DNA of 64,000 nt from a virus: IMG/VR virus record IMGVR_UViG_3300023210_000021, positions 1 to 64,000 of that record; one strand, 5' to 3'. The position numbers and the translations under genes were made by a program. Under the pieces are notes generated by a model. The model worked only from the letters and a program-made list of their open reading frames with translations. It had not been told where the DNA came from and made no database searches. This document shows positions 26,043 to 37,421 of the stretch, piece by piece. Position 1 is the stretch's first letter; each line of letters opens with the position of its first letter.

Positions 26043-28901
26043 TCAATACGAATTTAATGCATTCGTAGTTATTTCTATCGGTGTAGTCTCACTAATTCTC
26101 TCCGATTTTATGATGTCCCCATTTAATGTGGTATATCTCTTCTCGTTTTTTACCCTATAAATGAATTTATCACCAAACGTTCCACCACTTAATGTTACAC
26201 CAGCATTATAAGATCTTTGACCTACAACATAGTCGGTAGTGCCGCTATATAATATATTATTAAATGACGTATCATCTCCACCTACAAATTCCACAATAAA
26301 AGTACCTGTTTGCCCACATACAGGGGCATTACTGATTGTCCAACCTATAATGGGTGAAATAGTTGTAATTGGACCAATTACCGAAGCTTCAGGAACATAG
26401 AAGGCTTGAATAGTGTCACCAATTTTAATTGGTACATCTAATATTGATCGTTTTTTATTAGTTATAGATTTATAATACTCAACATTATTTACCAATATAG
26501 CACCATTCACTGTGAGTGCGATATCACCACTGGTAGGTGTGTCAGTATAAAACTCGTATTTATTAAAATCAGTGTTATAATAAATTTTATCTGTTAGTTT
26601 TTCACTGTTAGTTGTCCCACTATTTATTGTACTCACCAATAATTTATCAATATAAGCGCTACTACCACCGCCGCCATCTACATAAACTATAGTAACTAAT
26701 TGGTTATCTAATACTTCAAAATTAAACACTAACTGCCTTATTGTAATAGTATAATCAATATCCTTTGATAATACTGATCCATTATAACTAATTATTTGAT
26801 CTCCATTACTTACACTTAACGTATAACCAGTTATACCTGATGTGGTATAAAAACTATTAACATTTAAAGTACCAATAGGTTCTGTATTAGCATTAATTTT
26901 ACTGGTTAGTGTAGGAACGTCTGCCCTATACATATTTAAAAAATACCAATCAGTAATGGGGTTATATAACCCATATAAATCACCTTTTTTACGAGTATCA
27001 ATTGTATTATATCTATAACCTAATTGTTTACCAACAAATGTGTTTATTGGGTATTCGTAATAACCTTTTATAATAAACTCACCTTCACCAATACCATTTA
27101 CGTTAATTGTTGTTGTGTTGGCGGTTGTAAACGAACTATATGGTATTGTTTGAGAACTATAAACAGCGTTTGTTGTGAACCCGCTGTTTGCGCTGTTGTA
27201 TTTATATATTTCACTATAAAAATTTAATTCTTTATCCCCTATAACCCCAGTAACATCATTAATAGTATATTCAAAATTAAAATTATCAGAACCCGTTTCT
27301 CTTATATACGCGTACCTGTCACAAGATAAAATTGTATTGTTTATTTGGTTAGGTAACCCCCATTGGGATGTCGTACCACTTAGAAGTTTTACACTATCCT
27401 CATCGAAATTACAATTAACACCTAACCCATTAGGGTAGTGAATTACATGTAATGTATCATTATCAAAATTACTAACATATATTTTTTCATCTGGACCCAT
27501 TTGTAATGATCCGTTAGTGTTACCTGTGATATCAGCAACTATAATAGAGTAATCTACCATATCGGTTGACGATGAATAAGATAAATCGAATTGATAAATT
27601 TTACCTTGAGCCCCATCTGAAATATATAATTTAGAAGAGTCCGAAGAAAATTCTACACCATAAGGTCCGTTATCAAATGTAAATCCAGTAATTGTTATTA
27701 AATTACTTAATGTACCCGCAGATGAGGTGAAATCCATTATATCTATAATATCTTCATCATATATTGCATTGACTATTTTACTTGCATCGTGTGAAACTTT
27801 TAAATACCCTCTTGGAGTATTATTTACACTACCAATATTAGTTACCACAGGTGGTGATATTCCACCCGATGTTATTTTATAACTATAAAATATACTATCA
27901 CCAGTTTTATGTGTGATAGCCCAATAATCAATACCATTACTATGTTTGGCACCAGCTACTTTTTCTGTAAGTCCGCTAGATAATAAATCAATATTTTTTG
28001 TTTGTACCTGTCCGTTACCACCCTGTAAAGACATGTCAACAACTGAATAACTAAATCCGTTGTTGGCGCCATCATAATTTGTGGTAAAAACGTAATATTG
28101 ATTTGTGGTTGGTCTTGGTACAATAAGTGATGATTGTGTTGACCCTGTATTACCATTTAATCCAGTACCATTTGTCATTATTGTATTTGCGCTAGTATAA
28201 ATTGTTTCACCATCACTATAAAATAATAGGTCACCTTCTGTATTTGATATTACAGATGAACCTTCAGTTGATACAACACTACCACTAATCGATGTTGGTG
28301 TTGCTCCACTTTCGATAGGGTTGAAGTTTATCCCCGCATTAATTCCAAAAAACCAATTATAATTACTTCTATTAGATGACTCAGATTCTGGTCCACATAT
28401 TGTTTCACCAGTTAATGGTATTTTTCTAGCACCCCTAACAGAAAATTCAGGATAATCAAAACCATCAATATCACTTCTAGTTATTGTAGTAAATAATTCT
28501 GTATTACTTCTAGGTAACCACCCAAAATTATTACTTTCATTCCTTACACCTGTTTGATAGTAATCATCACCACCATCTATATACCTTAATGTGTGATTTG
28601 CGTCTACTGTATACCCACTTAACACACTACCTGTGTTTCCTGTCATTACGTATGTTATAACGGGTTCATCCTTTATTGTATCAAAAATCCTTAACCCACT
28701 AAATAAAGGTAATGGTTTAGGTAAGATAACAGGTGTTTTTGATAAATCAGTCATAAACCAAGTACCATTAAAAACCTGTATAAACTCGCCCCTATTATAT
28801 TGTGAATATATAGTGGGTGCGAAATCAGATTGTGATTCATACTCTGTAATCACATTTATACTAGTTTCTAATATTTTTATATTACCTGACGCTGATGCCA
28901 T
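26043..28901 (-). CDS. Tail-associated protein with a central beta-propeller; possible receptor-binding protein
   Basis: NWFFGINAGINF..EGSSVIS..GDLLFYSDG..STQSSLIVP..YGVEFSSDSSKLY..LQMGPDEKIY..GLPN resembles Bacteroidota secreted propellers. TATTTATA at 28912-28919. Confidence 0.7.
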   Translation of the reverse strand: MASASGNIKILETSINVITEYESQSDFAPTIYSQYNRGEFIQVFNGTWFMTDLSKTPVILPKPLPLFSGLRIFDTIKDEPVITYVMTGNTGSVLSGYTVDANHTLRYIDGGDDYYQTGVRNESNNFGWLPRSNTELFTTITRSDIDGFDYPEFSVRGARKIPLTGETICGPESESSNRSNYNWFFGINAGINFNPIESGATPTSISGSVVSTEGSSVISNTEGDLLFYSDGETIYTSANTIMTNGTGLNGNTGSTQSSLIVPRPTTNQYYVFTTNYDGANNGFSYSVVDMSLQGGNGQVQTKNIDLLSSGLTEKVAGAKHSNGIDYWAITHKTGDSIFYSYKITSGGISPPVVTNIGSVNNTPRGYLKVSHDASKIVNAIYDEDIIDIMDFTSSAGTLSNLITITGFTFDNGPYGVEFSSDSSKLYISDGAQGKIYQFDLSYSSSTDMVDYSIIVADITGNTNGSLQMGPDEKIYVSNFDNDTLHVIHYPNGLGVNCNFDEDSVKLLSGTTSQWGLPNQINNTILSCDRYAYIRETGSDNFNFEYTINDVTGVIGDKELNFYSEIYKYNSANSGFTTNAVYSSQTIPYSSFTTANTTTINVNGIGEGEFIIKGYYEYPINTFVGKQLGYRYNTIDTRKKGDLYGLYNPITDWYFLNMYRADVPTLTSKINANTEPIGTLNVNSFYTTSGITGYTLSVSNGDQIISYNGSVLSKDIDYTITIRQLVFNFEVLDNQLVTIVYVDGGGGSSAYIDKLLVSTINSGTTNSEKLTDKIYYNTDFNKYEFYTDTPTSGDIALTVNGAILVNNVEYYKSITNKKRSILDVPIKIGDTIQAFYVPEASVIGPITTISPIIGWTISNAPVCGQTGTFIVEFVGGDDTSFNNILYSGTTDYVVGQRSYNAGVTLSGGTFGDKFIYRVKNEKRYTTLNGDIIKSERISETTPIEITTNALNSY

Positions 28902-28948
28902 ATCTTTTTATTATAAATATTTATTATATAATATTATTTTATTATATG

Positions 28949-31900
28949 TTATGAACAATCATATATTAATTCATCGTATTTATCCCACTCAGGATCCCCT
29001 ACAATTGTTACATCACCTTCATACTCATTTGTATCATATATCTGAGTGATAAATACTTTGTTAAATTGAGTTATAGGGTCATAAGAGTTAATAACCTCTT
29101 GTGCCTTTATAGTTGGTCCGTCATATACCTCAGATTGACCATTACCCGATTCACCAATTATCACCGTTTCCGTTAATTCAACACATAACCTTTCTTCACC
29201 TATAGATTCTGTAGTAACACCTTCTAATGTACATTCAGTACCATTGATTAATCCATCAGTATTTTCATAAAAGTAATTTAATGCGTATCTCTTATATGAG
29301 TGTTTAGGTTGATCAAATATGTGGTTTCTATATACTTTACCAGAATTATCACAACCATCCATAATAGTGGTAGCTGGTATTACTTGTTCTAATAAATCTA
29401 ACCAATAATCACCAATTAAATCAGTAAACTCAAATAAATTATTATAATCTAAATGCCCACTTAATTCTTTACCACAATTACTTGCTTGTAGATATAATTC
29501 ATAAAAACCAGCCAACAACGGATAGCCACCTAACACTTGTCTACTCTTAACATCGATTAGATTAGACACTACCATCGCGTCCATATTTTCTTTAACATTA
29601 ATCTCTGATGGTTTAAAATCTAAAAAGTCTAATGGATTTACTTCTATATATTTTTGTTCTGTTGAGCATCCAGTACAACTTATTATCGCAGCTTCTTTAC
29701 TAATAGAGACACAAGTAAATTCATCCCCACACGTTTGTAACGCAAATCCAGATGGGCAACTAAAACCACTATTTTCACCTAAATCAAAGACACCACCATT
29801 ATTTCTTATTGTTTCTGTTGAGAATATCGTAACAGCACTTAAAGCTGATTCGGTGGTGATACCAGTTAATGTTGGTATATCTGCATCATAAATCTCAGCA
29901 CCAAATCTTGCTTTACTCCCATCATTTTTTGCCTCCATTTCAAAAATATTACGACCACCAGATAATTCTATATTAAAAATGTGCCAATAATTAAAATTGA
30001 ATGTTGACCCCTGATTCATTTCCATATATGTCGACCCATTAACTTTAAGACGTATTCTATTATCGGCAGCCATACCAATAGTGTATGACCCACCACTGAT
30101 GGTGTCAACACAAAAACTAAAACCTATCCATTCACCCACTGGTAACCTATCTCCGTTACTAACACTTAATGTTGTCCATACACCTACATCATTTAACCTA
30201 CCATTTTTTGTGTTGTCATTCTGCCCCCAAAGAGTATTTTCAATTATATTTAATGGTATTATTTCGGTTGGGGTGTTGTCATTAAATTTATTATTACTAT
30301 CTAATGTTATTGGTAATTTATTACTATCAACATTAGAGTAAAATCTTCCACCCCTATAACCATATGACACTAGTGTATTTGACCCACCGACATTTAAAAT
30401 TGTACCATTAGCAATTGCTAGTTCTTCTTCAATTTTTGTACATGTTACATTATCACCTTCTAAGGTATAACCATCTGAACAAGTTATACACTCACTACCG
30501 CCACTAAAAACCTCACATACACACACTGTCGTGTATCCAGTAATTAAGCAATCTGACTTTGTAACCGCTGATGTTGTTCCAGTACAAGCTGATGATGAAC
30601 AATCAATTTGTTGCCAGAAATTATAAACATCACATTCTATCGCCTTAGCTGCATCTATTCTAAATGTTGCTGACTTAGAATTTAATACTAAGTGTTCATG
30701 ATTAACTTCATAATCTGCATTTCTATATTCTAAATCTAACCATAACCTTTCTTGTGGTTTTTCGAATTTTATAATCTTTGTTGTATTGTCTAATTGTGCT
30801 GGTAGGTTACAGCTATTAATTCCTGGTACATCTACTACCTCAGTTACACCACCATCACTAAATACCCAAGATTTCTTATCATCTATAACACAACTTAAAT
30901 CAAATGATGGACAACTCTCCATAGAGAATTTTCTTTCTATCTCATCTGTTTCGATATTGATTTGTATATTATCAATCAATACACAAACATCACATTCAAA
31001 GTTTTTGATTGCTACACCGATAAAGAATGGTCTATCTGGGTAAAGTGTTTTTAGTTGCATTAGTTGCACATCTGATATCGGTAATGATGTATGTTTCCAA
31101 TTAGCAACAAATGTATTCTGAGTAACTGACTCATCACCATACCTTTCCCTCATTTTAACAAACATAGCCTGTTCTATAGCATTAACCTTAGTTGTGTCAC
31201 CTTCGAATATAATACCAGTATAATCCTCATAAGGATCAAATTCCCAAACCGTTGTTGTTAGACTATCTATTGTTGTGTACCTTTGATTTAAATCAACAGT
31301 GGTTGTTCCAATATTGTTATCCACCTCTAATGTTAAACAAACCTCTAGATCATCCACATAATTTAATACCTGCTCAATTTGATCAGCTAAATATTGTTGG
31401 TAATTTTGCTCCCTTTCGGTATTAAGGTTATCATAACAATTCTTGGCATCAATAAGAGCTATTTCTCTACCACTACCAGCTAACATTAAAAGGTTTTCTA
31501 AATCATCTAACACCCGCACATTACAACAACTTAATGATGTTATCTCTGTTGTAAGGTTTCTAATATTTATGTTAATAAGTTTTATTGATTCTTTAATTTC
31601 AGAAGTTGTAATAGCACACTCTTCTTTAGTATTTTCTAATTGTGTTGAAATTTCATCACAAATAGTTTGTTGTTCACCTAAAAGAATAAGTTGTTGGTTT
31701 ATTTGTGACGTAATCACCTGTATTTGAGAATTACTATTTATAATATTTTGTTGGTTAGCAGCTAATTGAGCCGGGTCATGACCACTTTTTGGGGGGTTAT
31801 CAATATAATTCTGTGATACGCTAATTGAGTTTTGTAAATCTAATATTAAAGTGCTATAAGATTTTATAGTATTGTTTATACTTTCAATAGTTTTATTACA

Positions 31901-34900
31901 TTCCGATAAATTATTTTCATAACCTTCTATTGTTCTTTTACACTCTTTTTTAAGGGTTGATAAAGTAACTAACAATTCTCTTTTTTCGGCAATTAATTCG
32001 GTAAGATTACTTTCAAGTGTTTCTCTCTGATCGATACAATCCTCAATTTCTTCTTTTGCAAGTTGTAGTTGATTAATCATTACCCAATACCCCTCAATTA
32101 TTTTAGAGTAAATACCACATTCTGCTGGTATAGTTAAATAGCACACATTTTCTGTTGTGATTAATTGTGTAAAATCAATACATTTTTCACCGTCATAATT
32201 AAAAGTAGTGAGATCAATGCAGGTGATACCACTTACCACACTCCCATATGTGTTCGTTAAAGTTAATAAATCACTAATATAAGAATCATAATTGTTTTCT
32301 GTTGTTGTGCCATTACTCTCAATTAACCCATTAAACTGAGTATTAATTTCGTTTACATTTGTTGTATGTATATTACCCCATTCACTAGTAGAGACTAATT
32401 CACCACCCAAAGCTTGACAACACCCACTATTTGGTTCAGATTGTAACCCCGGTGTTTGCCACACATCAATATTAATATCATCAAAATAAGGTATGTATTG
32501 TGAAGTATTAATATCACCTAACCCAACATAATTTGGGTTAACTTCCGACCACTCAATTACACTATTTAAATCGACTATTTGTTTGTTATTTCTTAAATCA
32601 TCTAATACATTATCATATTCTGTAAAGGTTACCCAGTTCATACAATTAACATCATATAAACTATTATCGTATTGGGGATAATGGAACCCACATGTATTAT
32701 TAGAAGCACAACCTAATAAACTTTCTGCATCATACTTAATCATTATATCTGCCTGAATGTCAATTTCACATTTACCATCTACCTCTTTTGGTAAATAAAA
32801 CCCATTCCACTCATTTGCTGCGAATACCATTTTAACATCCGATACATCAGTACAGGTGATAAAATCAGGATCAACACATTTTTTAATTGTATTTACCGAG
32901 CTATTGGGTGAAACTCCATTGGTTGCGAATTGGGTATCACCATTGGATCTATTTATATCTCGGATATTGGATGGTATATTTTCTGATCCCGGACCAACAC
33001 TTCCTTCATCACAAACAACTGGTATTAAACTACCATCAACCCCACTTTGTTTAAAACAACCAAACGTATATCCTTTCGCACTACAACAATTTTTATATAA
33101 CTCCCTATCTTCTGGTAGGTTAAAAACTTCACCATCTACATCGGTAACTTCAAATGATACAAAACCAGTTAGTTGATCAACCTTTGGTTGCCATACAGTA
33201 CAATCATTTAATTCAGGGTTTTCAAACGCGGAGTCAAAATTTGCTGATGTAATATCAATAGTGGTGAATTTTAAATACACACCATTATTTAATCTATTGT
33301 ATTGACCACCTAATGTATTATATATGGAAGTATCCATATTAAGGTTACCACCAATTTCATACTCACTAACTCTTTTTTCTGCATTATAAGTAGTCTGTTT
33401 TTGTTGGTTACTAATATCTGACTCATACGATTGGTATAATGATTGTCTAGCATCAAGTACACTTTTTATTTCTATTGTGGTTTTACTATCCGGGCCAAAT
33501 TTTGCCAATGAAGTTTCATATTCTTTATTAATAACATCTAATGATTCAAGTGATACCGCTGTATTTGTTTCAGTGCTATTATTACCCTGTTGTAATGAAT
33601 TGTCGTTACATACCACATTACCATCCTCATTAATAGAAAACAAATAACCATACCACACACAACACTCCGCTGATACGTTTGTAACAACTGGTGGGGATTG
33701 TAATACATTCCACCCATTTTCATCTAAAATAGTTAAACCCTCAATACTACCTTTAAAACATGTTTCGGTAACATACCCTAAATTTAAATAACCACTAAGA
33801 CTTCCACTATCTGTTTGGAACAATATTTCTGGTGTTAATCCATTACTTTCACCAATGGGTGTTATTTGATAGTAACAATTTAAAGACACCTCTGAAATCG
33901 AAAAATAAATATTTTCACTATTTGATTCTGCAATATTAACTGATGGTACATTGGTATTACCATCCGTTTGTTCCCAAACAACAATACCGTCTGTTCCGGT
34001 AGCTGATGGTACTAAACCATTACAAGGTGCGGATCTAGCACAATAACAAGCTTCTTTACCGTTTTGAAATGTGAAGTCTTTATAAACACCCCCATTCGCA
34101 ACACAACACACTGGAAAGTCGTCAAATAAAACTTTATTATCATCACTATCTGTGAAATATATAAATGGTGCTGAATCAGCGTCATCAACCAAAACCCATT
34201 CATCACATGGATTAGTATCTGTCTTATTATTAACCCCAACACATAACTCTATACAAGAATTATCATTACAAACACTACCAGCATTTACACTACCAAAATA
34301 ATTTATACTCGCAATCTCATTGTTTCGTTTAATTATCTCCCATTCAGGACTATATTGTAAATAAGGCTCTTCTTGTATTTTTAATACCCATTCATCATAT
34401 TCTTTCTTAGCATTAATACATAACTCCTCTAAAATTGTACTAGGTGCGTTTTCAACCGTACCACCAGATAATGGTGGGCAACTATTATCAATTGTTGCTG
34501 TTAAATTTATACATTCACTTAACAACTGATTGGTTGTTGTTAATGGTGAAGCGTATAAATCGAATGTTGTCGGCATACCATTTATAAATCCGTAATTATA
34601 GTTTATAAATAAATTTTCATATAATCTAGTATGAGCACTAAATACTGTATTCGTTGGTGAGTATCCTGGAATGAAGCAATCTGATGTGAAGTAATTTACG
34701 TATTCTCTACCAGCATCGTATGGTCCAACATGTGGGTTGTTACCACTATTTAAATCTAAACTAGAATTATCCCCACCAGTTTCTCTGTACCAACCCCCGC
34801 CTTTTTGGAAGTATATCTCCTGTGGATCACTAAATATTGTATTACCAGATGCGTCAATGAATGATAAAATTCTTTGATCACCGTTTTGTGGCGGTAATGG

Positions 34901-36505
34901 ATACCCATTTTCATCAAAGGGTAAATTAGTTATGTCTACATCACCAGTGTAAAGGTATAACATCCTTTTTACTTGTTCCACATCTAATGGTTTATCTGCC
35001 ACATATACGTGTTCATCAAACACCACTATAGATTCTGGTGCACCAATAAATCTAAATAAAAATTCTATTGCCTTTCTAGCTCCTTTTGATTTCCACAACC
35101 AAGCGATGTTAAGTATAATTCTTCTATATAATTCAATATCTAATTCTTGTAGTGTTAAGTTTCTTGATGTACCACTAAATTCCCCCTTACCATTACTCGG
35201 TAATAAACTTTTATTTAAATCTATATCTGAAAGGAAATCAACACCATCAAAACCCAACATCCAAGCTAAATCTTTAACTAAGGTATCAGGAACATTATCT
35301 TTTTTATCGTAAGTAACAACGTGAGCGTATTTTATACCATTTATGTATTTCTTAACCTCATCAAATTCTCTACCATAAATATTTAATAAACTTGTTGCCT
35401 TAGCACCATCATTTATTAAGTCATCACCATCACATCTAGGTGCAGTATCAAAACTATTAATAATTTCCGCAGTATACTTCCTAACCATTAAGTTAGTTTG
35501 TGTGTCGTCATACCCCTCAGTTATATTAACCAATTGTTCTGCATAACTATTATATATGCCGTCAAAGAAATTAAGGTTATAACCATCATCCATTAATGGG
35601 AAAGTTAGTTTTGTATTTGTATAAACAATAATACCACCACTACCTTCTTGTGGGTAAGATAATTCTATAGTATATATTGGGTTTGTTAACCTATTTAAAA
35701 TGTTCCTTTGGAATTCATTTAACCCACTGAAAAATCCCTCTCTCTCTTGCTCGTTTGGTTTAATAAAATATGGTATGGATCCACTATTACCAGTTAACGT
35801 TGGGAATACTTCTTTATCAACCACAACATTAATAATATCATTTGTTGTTGTTGTTGACCCAGTAAATTCTTTTAACTTAAATTCAACCCCATTAACATCT
35901 ATAATATAAGAAAGATAATTAACCGTCATATTTCTTAGTGTAGACAATTCTTCTGAATCATTAACTAATGATGCGTCCTTAGTGTATTTAATACTAAATG
36001 GGTTAATAAAATATTTTGTCGGTATGGTTATCGTTGATGTGTCGGAAATTGGATCATAAGAATAATTAGTAATGTTATCCCCACTAATAGATCCAACTTT
36101 ATTGTCAACATATATCGCTCCAGGCCATTTATTAGAAATATCACCTAATGATACCCTTGCAAACTCTTTGAAGTTGCCATACCACACATAATGTAGTGGG
36201 TTTGTAATATCTAAATTTAACTGAGTTTTTAGATTACCTTCAATTGTTAAATAAGTTGTATCGTCTGATGATATGTCATCTAAACAGAAATAATCTGAAA
36301 AAGTACCCGTTTTAAATACCCTATCGGGTTTTGGGTCAAGGTTTGTAGTAACCGTAAAGTTACCCATAGTAAATAACGTTACACCACCTTCTGATGTAAA
36401 CTGGTTACCTACTAAATTTTCACTAAAATCTCTATATTCAATGTTATCATTAAAAAAGACTCTTTGCGCATACCCAGATACTTTTACTCTGTTATTATTA
36501 GCCAT
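28949..36505 (-). CDS. Giant (2518 aa) baseplate-wedge-like structural protein with Cys-rich, coiled-coil and PA14-like segments
   Basis: LWKSKGARKAIEFLFRFIG wedge-type motif; coiled coil at about 31560-32070; AADNRIRLKVNG...WHIFNIELSGGRNIFEM PA14-like segment. Confidence 0.65.
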   Translation of the reverse strand: MANNNRVKVSGYAQRVFFNDNIEYRDFSENLVGNQFTSEGGVTLFTMGNFTVTTNLDPKPDRVFKTGTFSDYFCLDDISSDDTTYLTIEGNLKTQLNLDITNPLHYVWYGNFKEFARVSLGDISNKWPGAIYVDNKVGSISGDNITNYSYDPISDTSTITIPTKYFINPFSIKYTKDASLVNDSEELSTLRNMTVNYLSYIIDVNGVEFKLKEFTGSTTTTNDIINVVVDKEVFPTLTGNSGSIPYFIKPNEQEREGFFSGLNEFQRNILNRLTNPIYTIELSYPQEGSGGIIVYTNTKLTFPLMDDGYNLNFFDGIYNSYAEQLVNITEGYDDTQTNLMVRKYTAEIINSFDTAPRCDGDDLINDGAKATSLLNIYGREFDEVKKYINGIKYAHVVTYDKKDNVPDTLVKDLAWMLGFDGVDFLSDIDLNKSLLPSNGKGEFSGTSRNLTLQELDIELYRRIILNIAWLWKSKGARKAIEFLFRFIGAPESIVVFDEHVYVADKPLDVEQVKRMLYLYTGDVDITNLPFDENGYPLPPQNGDQRILSFIDASGNTIFSDPQEIYFQKGGGWYRETGGDNSSLDLNSGNNPHVGPYDAGREYVNYFTSDCFIPGYSPTNTVFSAHTRLYENLFINYNYGFINGMPTTFDLYASPLTTTNQLLSECINLTATIDNSCPPLSGGTVENAPSTILEELCINAKKEYDEWVLKIQEEPYLQYSPEWEIIKRNNEIASINYFGSVNAGSVCNDNSCIELCVGVNNKTDTNPCDEWVLVDDADSAPFIYFTDSDDNKVLFDDFPVCCVANGGVYKDFTFQNGKEACYCARSAPCNGLVPSATGTDGIVVWEQTDGNTNVPSVNIAESNSENIYFSISEVSLNCYYQITPIGESNGLTPEILFQTDSGSLSGYLNLGYVTETCFKGSIEGLTILDENGWNVLQSPPVVTNVSAECCVWYGYLFSINEDGNVVCNDNSLQQGNNSTETNTAVSLESLDVINKEYETSLAKFGPDSKTTIEIKSVLDARQSLYQSYESDISNQQKQTTYNAEKRVSEYEIGGNLNMDTSIYNTLGGQYNRLNNGVYLKFTTIDITSANFDSAFENPELNDCTVWQPKVDQLTGFVSFEVTDVDGEVFNLPEDRELYKNCCSAKGYTFGCFKQSGVDGSLIPVVCDEGSVGPGSENIPSNIRDINRSNGDTQFATNGVSPNSSVNTIKKCVDPDFITCTDVSDVKMVFAANEWNGFYLPKEVDGKCEIDIQADIMIKYDAESLLGCASNNTCGFHYPQYDNSLYDVNCMNWVTFTEYDNVLDDLRNNKQIVDLNSVIEWSEVNPNYVGLGDINTSQYIPYFDDINIDVWQTPGLQSEPNSGCCQALGGELVSTSEWGNIHTTNVNEINTQFNGLIESNGTTTENNYDSYISDLLTLTNTYGSVVSGITCIDLTTFNYDGEKCIDFTQLITTENVCYLTIPAECGIYSKIIEGYWVMINQLQLAKEEIEDCIDQRETLESNLTELIAEKRELLVTLSTLKKECKRTIEGYENNLSECNKTIESINNTIKSYSTLILDLQNSISVSQNYIDNPPKSGHDPAQLAANQQNIINSNSQIQVITSQINQQLILLGEQQTICDEISTQLENTKEECAITTSEIKESIKLININIRNLTTEITSLSCCNVRVLDDLENLLMLAGSGREIALIDAKNCYDNLNTEREQNYQQYLADQIEQVLNYVDDLEVCLTLEVDNNIGTTTVDLNQRYTTIDSLTTTVWEFDPYEDYTGIIFEGDTTKVNAIEQAMFVKMRERYGDESVTQNTFVANWKHTSLPISDVQLMQLKTLYPDRPFFIGVAIKNFECDVCVLIDNIQINIETDEIERKFSMESCPSFDLSCVIDDKKSWVFSDGGVTEVVDVPGINSCNLPAQLDNTTKIIKFEKPQERLWLDLEYRNADYEVNHEHLVLNSKSATFRIDAAKAIECDVYNFWQQIDCSSSACTGTTSAVTKSDCLITGYTTVCVCEVFSGGSECITCSDGYTLEGDNVTCTKIEEELAIANGTILNVGGSNTLVSYGYRGGRFYSNVDSNKLPITLDSNNKFNDNTPTEIIPLNIIENTLWGQNDNTKNGRLNDVGVWTTLSVSNGDRLPVGEWIGFSFCVDTISGGSYTIGMAADNRIRLKVNGSTYMEMNQGSTFNFNYWHIFNIELSGGRNIFEMEAKNDGSKARFGAEIYDADIPTLTGITTESALSAVTIFSTETIRNNGGVFDLGENSGFSCPSGFALQTCGDEFTCVSISKEAAIISCTGCSTEQKYIEVNPLDFLDFKPSEINVKENMDAMVVSNLIDVKSRQVLGGYPLLAGFYELYLQASNCGKELSGHLDYNNLFEFTDLIGDYWLDLLEQVIPATTIMDGCDNSGKVYRNHIFDQPKHSYKRYALNYFYENTDGLINGTECTLEGVTTESIGEERLCVELTETVIIGESGNGQSEVYDGPTIKAQEVINSYDPITQFNKVFITQIYDTNEYEGDVTIVGDPEWDKYDELIYDCS

Positions 36506-36513
36506 TATAAAAT

Positions 36514-37419
36514 TTAGAAATCAGTAATGTTATCAAAATCCTTTGTCTCATCAATCTGCTCTCGCTCTTCTCGCACTTCATACAGTGGTTTACCAGAGAA
36601 TTTATCCTTAACTTCATATAAGTTGTATTGACGATAAATCTGTTCCCCAAAGTTGTATATTGTGTAAATACCATCATCGAGAGATTTTGTCTGAGGACCA
36701 TACAACGCATAAGCAAGAGTTTCATTATCATGCTCTACCATTTCTACTTCTAACATTATAGGGTTAAAAAACGTATTTGTTATTATAACTTCTTGACCCG
36801 GCTCACCAATGAATGGTATTGCGTTAGGTTTTACTGAAGGTGCGGATGAAGGTGTCATAGTACAAAACACTAAGTTAGAATTATCATTAAATCTATATCT
36901 TAATGCTTTTTGTGATGTATTTGACAAATTCTCACTTACCGCCTCAGCGTAGTTGTTTGATGTTACTACCCTGTAGAAGTTTTGAATTTTCTTTTCTTCT
37001 GACGCTGGGTTAGTTGTTAGATATTCCATTCTATACCCAACTAAGTTACCATTATTGAATCTGACTCTATCACCTGATGGTACATTATTTATATCTAAAA
37101 TTACACCAACAACATCTGGTTTAGATGATAATACACCACAATCAATAATGGTGGTTTTAATTTCTTTTGGCCTAATGATGATAGTATAAATTCCTTTATT
37201 ACCAAAATCAGAAGCTGGTAGTTTAAGTGTATATAAACCACCAAATATTTGACCGACATTTTCAGGATTGTCAACCTTAATTAGATTTTGTGATGGGTCT
37301 AATTTTATTAAATCAACATCACCAACCTGATCCCTATTAGGGGTATAGTGATACCACATTTCCACATCGTTAGGTGAAACATCAGCTGATCTTACTGTAC
37401 CATAATTACCTGTTGCCAT
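36514..37419 (-). CDS. Putative virion structural protein
   Basis: 301-aa beta-rich ORF in the baseplate operon. Confidence 0.7.
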   Translation of the reverse strand: MATGNYGTVRSADVSPNDVEMWYHYTPNRDQVGDVDLIKLDPSQNLIKVDNPENVGQIFGGLYTLKLPASDFGNKGIYTIIIRPKEIKTTIIDCGVLSSKPDVVGVILDINNVPSGDRVRFNNGNLVGYRMEYLTTNPASEEKKIQNFYRVVTSNNYAEAVSENLSNTSQKALRYRFNDNSNLVFCTMTPSSAPSVKPNAIPFIGEPGQEVIITNTFFNPIMLEVEMVEHDNETLAYALYGPQTKSLDDGIYTIYNFGEQIYRQYNLYEVKDKFSGKPLYEVREEREQIDETKDFDNITDF

Positions 37420-37421
37420 TA

